Below, piece after piece: positions 56,619-64,000 of a stretch of DNA of 64,000 bases (positions are counted from its first letter, which is position 1; every line of letters starts with the position of its first letter). The DNA is from Candidatus Levyibacteriota bacterium (GTDB taxonomy: Bacteria > Patescibacteriota > Microgenomatia > Levybacterales > UBA12049). The stretch is taken from the NCBI GenBank assembly GCA_029260965.1, contig JAJDCG010000001.1:312012-376011 (forward strand), written 5' to 3'. The notes beneath the pieces are model-generated. The model had not been told where the DNA came from, searched no databases, and was given only the letters and a program-made list of their open reading frames with translations. The position numbers and the translations under genes were made by a program.

Positions 56619-58499
56619 ATGACTGACTATAAGGATCATCATAAAGACAAAAAGAAAAATGTTATTCGTGCCCACCGAAAGCATCTCAACCTCTTTTATC
56701 TCCTCTCTCTTGCAGTGATTATTTTAGTTATGCCTCTTATAGTTTTACAAGTCCAAGAGCGTACTGTTTTGCGTCAGGAGGCCGCCCCCTCGTGCTCTAG
56801 TAGGACAGAAGCTAGTTGTGGTAATACTGAGTGTAAGTTAGTAAGCTCGTTAACAGAAGGAGTGTGTAAGGGGGTTGTGGGTTCAACAAAGCCGTGCAGT
56901 ACCTACAATAGAAGTGGATGTTCGGCAAATAGTACTGTATGCACTTGGTATCCCAAGAAGGTTTGTGTTTCTAACCCAAATTTTTCACCTTCAAAAAAAG
57001 GTCCGGGATCGAGCTGTACTACGGGAGCTGTGTGTATATCAGGTAAGTGTATTGACAATATCTGTAAAAACGACAATGGAGGAAGCTGTACAACGGGGAA
57101 GGTCTGTGTTTCTGGATATTGTGGTTCAGATAACAAGTGCGCAGCAGCTAGTGCTCCAAATTCTGATGAACAGTATCATGGTAAGGTCTCTTGTGATAAT
57201 GGTCGTGGAACTTGTTTTATAAGATCTAGGCTTTCAGGCACAGTACCGAGTTATTGGCATACAGGTAAATGTCCTGGTAGCCCAGCAGTGCAATGTTATT
57301 CAGATAGGCCTGCAACTAACAACCCTCCTCCTGTTAACAACCCGCCAGTAAATGATTCACCAAAAACAAATCCACCTCCAGCAGGCGATGATACTCGCTG
57401 TACCAGTCAGGGAGGTCAATGTCAGCTGGGGCAAGCAAATAATGTGGGAGGACCATGCACCGTGAACGGTAAGGCTGGAACCGTGAAGATAAATTTATGC
57501 TCTGGTGGCAATGACAGGAGATGTTGTGTGCCAAATGGGAGTAATCCAACTAATCCAAACAATCCCATTCAACCAAATCCCAATAATCCTTCAAATAAAA
57601 TTGACATGCCAGATTACTGTAAAGTGGGGAATTGTTCAAATGAAGAAAGAACGATCATAGGAATTCCCAATGCCAAGGATGCTTGCGGTAGTATTGCCCG
57701 CTCATGTTGTAGGCCAGCTAGGTCTTCTCGTACCAGCACAACATGTGAATTAGCTCCACCAAAGACAGATCCCAATAACCCAAATCAGCCTGTTGTAAAT
57801 CCTGTAAACCCAGTTACATCAAAACTAGGTCTGTCTATAAAGCTGCAGGGTATAGGCCCTGATGGTAACTCAAATCCACAGTCTCAGCAAATACCGATTG
57901 TACTCAGACTTTATAAAGATAATGTTACGGCACAAAACATAACAGCATCAAATAATGTTCTGGCTGCTGCGTCAATAGTGGTTGAAAGCACGGCATCATA
58001 TGATAGCGCATCTGGATATTTCGTAAATGACGATTTTGACATGGGTGAGGTGCCAGAGGGAAATTATAAAATTATTGTACAAAACCCTAAATTTCTTGAT
58101 GTAAAATTGACTAATTCAACAACAGGAACAGATGTGTTTAATATACAATCGGGACAAAAAATCATCGCCAGTACGGTCTCTATGAGGGGTGGAGATGTGC
58201 AGCCTGAGCCAAGGGGTAATAATTATGTAGACCTTTTTGATTACAATGCAGTTATTGGTTGTACTTCAGGCCAGCCAGAAAGCGCGTGTCTTAATAAAAA
58301 ACTTGCTGATATCAACGATGATGGTGTAGTTGATCAGGAAGATCTTGATATTGTCAGATCCAATTTTGGTCAAGAAGGAATAGCATTTGATACTGGAGAG
58401 TTTGTTTGCAAGTCAGATCCTGAATGTACTGCGTCTGGAAGCAAAAATGCGCTTCAGCTTTGTCGCCTCCTCTGTACAAAGAAGCCAGATAGGCTTTGA
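56619..58499 (+). CDS. Cysteine-rich secreted protein with Pro/Asn-rich linkers and a C-terminal dockerin-like Ca-binding repeat
   Basis: N-terminal TM, then about 50 Cys residues in repeated CxxGxC modules (TGAVCISGKCIDNIC / TGKVCVSGYCGSDNKC), NNPPPVNNPP linkers, and DINDDGVVDQEDLDIVRSNFG (dockerin/EF-hand-like). Confidence 0.6.
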   Translation: MTDYKDHHKDKKKNVIRAHRKHLNLFYLLSLAVIILVMPLIVLQVQERTVLRQEAAPSCSSRTEASCGNTECKLVSSLTEGVCKGVVGSTKPCSTYNRSGCSANSTVCTWYPKKVCVSNPNFSPSKKGPGSSCTTGAVCISGKCIDNICKNDNGGSCTTGKVCVSGYCGSDNKCAAASAPNSDEQYHGKVSCDNGRGTCFIRSRLSGTVPSYWHTGKCPGSPAVQCYSDRPATNNPPPVNNPPVNDSPKTNPPPAGDDTRCTSQGGQCQLGQANNVGGPCTVNGKAGTVKINLCSGGNDRRCCVPNGSNPTNPNNPIQPNPNNPSNKIDMPDYCKVGNCSNEERTIIGIPNAKDACGSIARSCCRPARSSRTSTTCELAPPKTDPNNPNQPVVNPVNPVTSKLGLSIKLQGIGPDGNSNPQSQQIPIVLRLYKDNVTAQNITASNNVLAAASIVVESTASYDSASGYFVNDDFDMGEVPEGNYKIIVQNPKFLDVKLTNSTTGTDVFNIQSGQKIIASTVSMRGGDVQPEPRGNNYVDLFDYNAVIGCTSGQPESACLNKKLADINDDGVVDQEDLDIVRSNFGQEGIAFDTGEFVCKSDPECTASGSKNALQLCRLLCTKKPDRL

Positions 58500-58546
58500 G
58501 ATAAAGCCTTGACTACCAAGGGGTTACGAGATAAAATGAACAAAAT

Positions 58547-59122
58547 ATGTTTGCAGATCTTATTACTTCAAAAACTCGCAACAAACTTTTGAATTTGTTT
58601 TTAGGTGATCCATCAGAAATGTATCATGTACGTGAGTGTGTTAGGAGAACAGAGGAGGAAATAAATGCTGTTAGACGTGAGCTGATACTTCTTGAAAAAA
58701 AAGGAATTCTCAAGCGTGAACCGCGAGCCAATAGGGTTTATTATTCGCTTTCAAAAGACTATACTTTTTATTTTGATCTTCTGAGAATAGGTGCCAAGAT
58801 AACCGGGCTTGGTAAGGCGATTCTTGAGAACAGAGCAAAACTTGGCAAGATAAAATTTGCTATGTTTTCTGGTAAATTTGTCAGAAGAATCAAGGATTCT
58901 CCTGATGAGGTAGAGTTGATTGTTATTGGTACTGTTGTGTTGCCAGAACTGGCGATTTTGGTGAGGGCTGAGGAGAAAAGGCTTGGAACTGAAATCAACT
59001 ATACTGCCATGACTGAAGATGAGTTTAAGTTTCGAAAGACTCGACGTGATCCATTTCTTGCAACTATTCTGGTGGGATCTCGCGTGATGCTCCTTGGTGA
59101 CGAGGAGGCAATGTTGGCATGA
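58547..59122 (+). CDS. Winged-helix DNA-binding protein (putative regulator), translationally coupled to secD
   Basis: N-terminal wHTH-like segment (RNKLLNLFL...HVRECVRRT...), then an alpha/beta domain; ATGA overlap with secD. Confidence 0.4.
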   Translation: MFADLITSKTRNKLLNLFLGDPSEMYHVRECVRRTEEEINAVRRELILLEKKGILKREPRANRVYYSLSKDYTFYFDLLRIGAKITGLGKAILENRAKLGKIKFAMFSGKFVRRIKDSPDEVELIVIGTVVLPELAILVRAEEKRLGTEINYTAMTEDEFKFRKTRRDPFLATILVGSRVMLLGDEEAMLA

Positions 59123-60501
59123 AATCCTCCCGTTCCTCTTTTGTGTTTGTAATTTTTATAATAATAGTTTCTCTTTTTATTAATTTGTCTGAAGGATTAA
59201 GAATTGATCTTGGTTTTTACAAGCTGGACATCCCTTCATTTAATCTCCAGAGAGTAATTGGACGAGATTTTTCTCTCAAGCAAGGCCTTGACCTCGAAGG
59301 TGGTACCAGTATCACGCTTCGAGCAAGCATGGATGAGATTGCCGAGGATCAGCGTGATGATGCGCTTGATAGCGCAACATCAATAATTGAGAAGAGAGTA
59401 AATTTTTTTGGGGTATCCGAACCTTTGGTTCAGACCTCAAAAGCAAGTGGTGACTACAGGATAATCGTTGAGATACCAGGTGTTACAGATGTTGATCAAG
59501 CAGTATCCTTGATAGGACAGACTGCAAAATTAAGTTTTTGGGAAGCTGGTCCAGAGGGCGAATCATTTGATGCAAGTGAATCTGCGAAGATTGCTACCAA
59601 TCCAGCAGAGCTTATCCGTATCGCTTCAGAATCGGGAAAGCCTCTTGGTGCGGTCCAGATTTTCGGAGAACGCGCTAAACAAACAAACCTAACTGGATCT
59701 GATCTAAAAAAGTCGAGTGTTATTTTTGATCAGAATACAGGAAATCCTCAGGTGGGATTGGAATTCACGAGTGAAGGTGGTAAAAAATTTGCTGACATAA
59801 CCGAAAGGAATGTTGGAAAGATTATTGCTATTTTGATTGACGAAGAGCTCGCAACAGCACCCAGTGTTAATGAGCCTATTTTCGGAGGAAATGCTGTAAT
59901 TAATGGAGATTTCACAAGGGATGAGGCAAATAAGCTTTCGGTACAATTGAATGCTGGGGCGCTTCCAGTGTCTTTGTCTGTTCTTCAAGAGCGAACAATT
60001 GGTGCAACACTTGGTGACAAATCTGTTGATAAGAGTCTTGTTGCAGGAGTAGTTGGGCTTATCGTGGTAGTTATTTTTATGATATTTATATATGGGCGCT
60101 TGGGTGTTGTTGCCAGTCTTGCACTTTTGGTTTACACAATTGTGCTGTTGGCTGTTTTCCGAATTGTCCCAGTTACATTGACACTTGCAGGTATAGCAGG
60201 TGTGATACTCTCAGTAGGAGTTGCGGTTGATGCTAATATTCTTATTTTTGAAAGAATGAAGGAAGAGGTTGGGCGAGGCAGATCGCTTGATTCAGCAGTT
60301 GATGTGGGTTTCTCAAGAGCCTGGCCATCAATCAGGGACTCAAATGCAGCTAGTCTAATCATCAGTACTATTCTTTATTATTTTGGGACCACTATTGTAA
60401 AAGGATTTGCCCTGACTCTGGCACTAGGCGTTATTGTCTCGATGTTCTCAGCGATTATGGTAACAAGAACCTTCTTGCGGGTTTTTTATCAAAGGAAATA
60501 A
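59119..60501 (+). CDS. secD: Protein translocase subunit SecD
   Basis: N-terminal TM, a large periplasmic domain, and the C-terminal 5-TM SecD core; 460 aa. Confidence 0.9.
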   Translation: MKSSRSSFVFVIFIIIVSLFINLSEGLRIDLGFYKLDIPSFNLQRVIGRDFSLKQGLDLEGGTSITLRASMDEIAEDQRDDALDSATSIIEKRVNFFGVSEPLVQTSKASGDYRIIVEIPGVTDVDQAVSLIGQTAKLSFWEAGPEGESFDASESAKIATNPAELIRIASESGKPLGAVQIFGERAKQTNLTGSDLKKSSVIFDQNTGNPQVGLEFTSEGGKKFADITERNVGKIIAILIDEELATAPSVNEPIFGGNAVINGDFTRDEANKLSVQLNAGALPVSLSVLQERTIGATLGDKSVDKSLVAGVVGLIVVVIFMIFIYGRLGVVASLALLVYTIVLLAVFRIVPVTLTLAGIAGVILSVGVAVDANILIFERMKEEVGRGRSLDSAVDVGFSRAWPSIRDSNAASLIISTILYYFGTTIVKGFALTLALGVIVSMFSAIMVTRTFLRVFYQRK

Positions 60502-60505
60502 ATAT

Positions 60506-61414
60506 ATGTTGAATATAATTGGAAAGAAAAAGTTATATTTTTGGATATCATTTCTCATGATTGTTCCAGGTGTGGTTTCGCTAGCTCTTTTCGGTCTGAG
60601 ACCTTCTATTGATTTTACGGGAGGATCCAGGCTGACATTTTCTTTTGCACGATTTGTGGATCAATCTGTTATCGATGATGTGAAGACTGTTTTCGATGAA
60701 CAAAGCATTGAAATAGTTACGTCGCAGCCATCAGAAAATAGTCTTATCATTAGGACAAAGCCTCTGGATGAAGGCAGTGAACAGCTAGTGCTAACCAGGT
60801 TGAGAAAAGAGTATGAAGATGTGGGTCTTGAGCAGTTTGAGACAATAGGCCCTGTTATCGGACAGGAGACAACGTTGAATGCATTGTATGCAATTCTGAT
60901 AGCATCAGTAATGATTGTTCTTTATATCGCCTGGTCTTTCCGTAATATACCAAAGCCATTGAGTAGTTTTAGATTTGGGTTGGTTGCAATTTTTGCAGTG
61001 CTACATGATGTCTTATTGGTTGTAGGTATTTTTTCAATTCTGGGATATTTTTATCAGATTGAGATTGATAGTCTTTTTGTGACCGCGCTATTAACTGTTG
61101 TGGGGTTTTCAGTTCATGACACTATCGTTGTTTTTGACAGGATAAGAGAAAATTTACGCTTGAGTGTTTCTTTACCTTTTGAACAGGTGGTTAATAATTC
61201 TATAATTCAGACAATGGTTCGTTCTGTTAATACATCATTCACAACACTTCTTGTACTTTTAACACTCTTTCTTTTTGGCGGAGACAGTATTAGGTGGTTT
61301 GTTTTTGCTCTTTTTATTGGTATAGCAAGTGGTACCTACTCGTCCATTTTTACGGCAAGCCCACTTCTTGTGGTCTGGGAAAATTGGGATAAAAAGCGGA
61401 AGAGAAATAGCTGA
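60506..61414 (+). CDS. secF: Protein translocase subunit SecF
   Basis: SecF 6-TM topology with a periplasmic loop; 302 aa, directly after secD. Confidence 0.9.
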   Translation: MLNIIGKKKLYFWISFLMIVPGVVSLALFGLRPSIDFTGGSRLTFSFARFVDQSVIDDVKTVFDEQSIEIVTSQPSENSLIIRTKPLDEGSEQLVLTRLRKEYEDVGLEQFETIGPVIGQETTLNALYAILIASVMIVLYIAWSFRNIPKPLSSFRFGLVAIFAVLHDVLLVVGIFSILGYFYQIEIDSLFVTALLTVVGFSVHDTIVVFDRIRENLRLSVSLPFEQVVNNSIIQTMVRSVNTSFTTLLVLLTLFLFGGDSIRWFVFALFIGIASGTYSSIFTASPLLVVWENWDKKRKRNS

Positions 61415-61418
61415 TAGT

Positions 61419-61871
61419 TTAAAATCCCAGCTCTTCTCGTACAATTTTTGATACAATTGCACCGTCGGCTTTTCCTTTAGTATTGGGCATGAGAACACCC
61501 ATTACTTTTCCCATATCAGATTGGTTTTTTGCACCTGTTTTTGTTATTGCATCTTTAACTAAGTCTCTGATTTCTCCTTCATTCATTTGTTCTGGTAAAT
61601 ATTTTTGGAGTATCAAGAGCTCTCTTTTTTCCTTCTCGACCAGTTCATGACGTCCCGCTTTTTCAAATTCTATTATTGCATCGCGTCTCTGCTTTGCTTC
61701 TTTTTGGATAACGATCATTACATCTTCATCAGTTGCAGTATAGCCAGCACCACCTTTTTGCGTTTCATAATACCCGATCGCTGATATTAACATGCGAAGA
61801 ACGGAGGTTCTTATCTGATCTTTTTCTAGCATTGCTGTTTTGAGTTCGCTTTGTAAATCGCTTTTTGTCAT
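61419..61871 (-). CDS. yqeY: GatB/YqeY domain protein
   Basis: 150 aa collinear with YqeY (LKTAMLEKD...YLPEQM...GKADG). Confidence 0.8.
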   Translation of the reverse strand: MTKSDLQSELKTAMLEKDQIRTSVLRMLISAIGYYETQKGGAGYTATDEDVMIVIQKEAKQRRDAIIEFEKAGRHELVEKEKRELLILQKYLPEQMNEGEIRDLVKDAITKTGAKNQSDMGKVMGVLMPNTKGKADGAIVSKIVREELGF

Positions 61872-61970
61872 GTCAATATAATTATAGCATATTGCCTAAT
61901 AGACCTTGTATTCTTGTATGAGTAAAATTAGACTTTTTAAAGCAAGACTTAAGAGAAAAAAAGATTTTGA

Positions 61971-62645
61971 TTATTCTTTTATTACGTAGCCGAAGCCGCG
62001 AGCGGAGTGGATGAGTTTTTTATCAAATCCTGAGTCAATCTTTTTTCTGAGATAGCCGATATAAACATCAACAACTCTTGTTTCAACATCGGTAGAGTAA
62101 AGCCAGATGCGACTCAGGATCATTTCACGGGTTAAGATACGTCCCTTATTACTCATTAGATATTTGAGTAGCTTGAATTCTTGTGGTGTGAGTTGTATGT
62201 TTTTGTTAGCTCTTTTTACCTCAAGTGTTCTGTCGTCCAGTTCGAGATCAGCAATCTTAAGCATTGCACCTGAACTACCATCTGTTTTCTTTAGTCGTGC
62301 TTTTACTCTAGCGAGTAGCTCGTCTGCATTGAATGGTTTTGTTATATAATCGTCTGCTCCTATCTCAAAATTACTCAAGATATCATTTATAGAGTCTTTA
62401 GCAGTTAGTATGATGATGGGTACATCTTTGTGTTTTTTACGGATTTCTGTAGTTACTGCACTACCAGTCATTGAGGGAAGTCCAAGATCCATGATAACTA
62501 AATCTGGAACTGTTTTTTTGAAGAAATCTAACGCCTGTAATCCGTCTGATACAGAGTGGGCTGCGTAGCCGTTATCAAGAAGCATTTCTTTTATGAAATC
62601 TCTTATTGTGTCATCGTCTTCAACTACCAGAATTGATTCAGCCAT
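61971..62645 (-). CDS. OmpR-family response regulator (REC + winged-helix)
   Basis: ILVVEDD...DLVIMDLGLP...ILTAKD receiver plus a C-terminal Trans_reg_C domain (RVVDVYIGYLRKKI). Confidence 0.85.
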   Translation of the reverse strand: MAESILVVEDDDTIRDFIKEMLLDNGYAAHSVSDGLQALDFFKKTVPDLVIMDLGLPSMTGSAVTTEIRKKHKDVPIIILTAKDSINDILSNFEIGADDYITKPFNADELLARVKARLKKTDGSSGAMLKIADLELDDRTLEVKRANKNIQLTPQEFKLLKYLMSNKGRILTREMILSRIWLYSTDVETRVVDVYIGYLRKKIDSGFDKKLIHSARGFGYVIKE

Positions 62646-62703
62646 AAACTCAAAGCATTATATCAGGAGAATTGTAAGAAAGGCAAGTATTAGTAATGTA
62701 TAT

Positions 62704-63984
<1,281 letters not shown>

Positions 63985-64000
63985 TTAGCTAAGTAATGAA

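Overview
This is a low-GC (~35-42%), densely packed bacterial chromosomal segment with no rRNA, tRNA or CRISPR that I could detect by eye. It is dominated by three blocks.

(1) 100-14916, minus strand: an 11-gene, overlap-coupled de novo purine biosynthesis operon, purF/N-purD-purSL-purQ-purP-purH-purP-purB-purK-purE-purC. It has two unusual fusions (PurF::PurN, and a PurS-like N-domain joined to the PurL synthetase with PurQ separate). It also carries two archaeal-type formate-dependent PurP paralogs flanking a full-length PurH, and lacks purM. A near-consensus sigma70 promoter and a leader terminator hairpin lie upstream.

(2) 15-43 kb: housekeeping and envelope genes. These are prfB (no programmed frameshift), a GNAT, a CofE-like gamma-glutamyl ligase with an adjacent membrane protein, a sensor kinase plus single-domain receiver, secA, serS, rpsT with a lysine-rich tail, murJ, groESL with a CIRCE-like operator, an LPxTG-like surface protein, lepA, tsaE, a lamin-tail-domain surface protein, envC-like M23-ftsX-ftsE, tsaC, a truncated tsaB-like gene and a CAP-domain protein. 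An atypical ~1 kb segment at 33.9-34.9 kb holds two small membrane-peptide genes and a 15-bp inverted-repeat element, followed by two unrecognisable proteins.

(3) 43-54 kb, plus strand: a glycan cluster encoding three nucleotide-sugar branches (dTDP: rmlA/B/D; GDP: gmd/rmd-like; UDP: ugd/uxs), two GT2 enzymes (one fused to GtrA) and an ArnT/PMT-like membrane transferase. After it come a small zinc-ribbon gene, DUF4446 and DUF3048 proteins, a cysteine-rich dockerin-like secreted protein, a wHTH protein coupled to secD/secF, yqeY, an OmpR-type regulator and purA.

All calls are from reading the six-frame translations and the DNA; no database searches were run.
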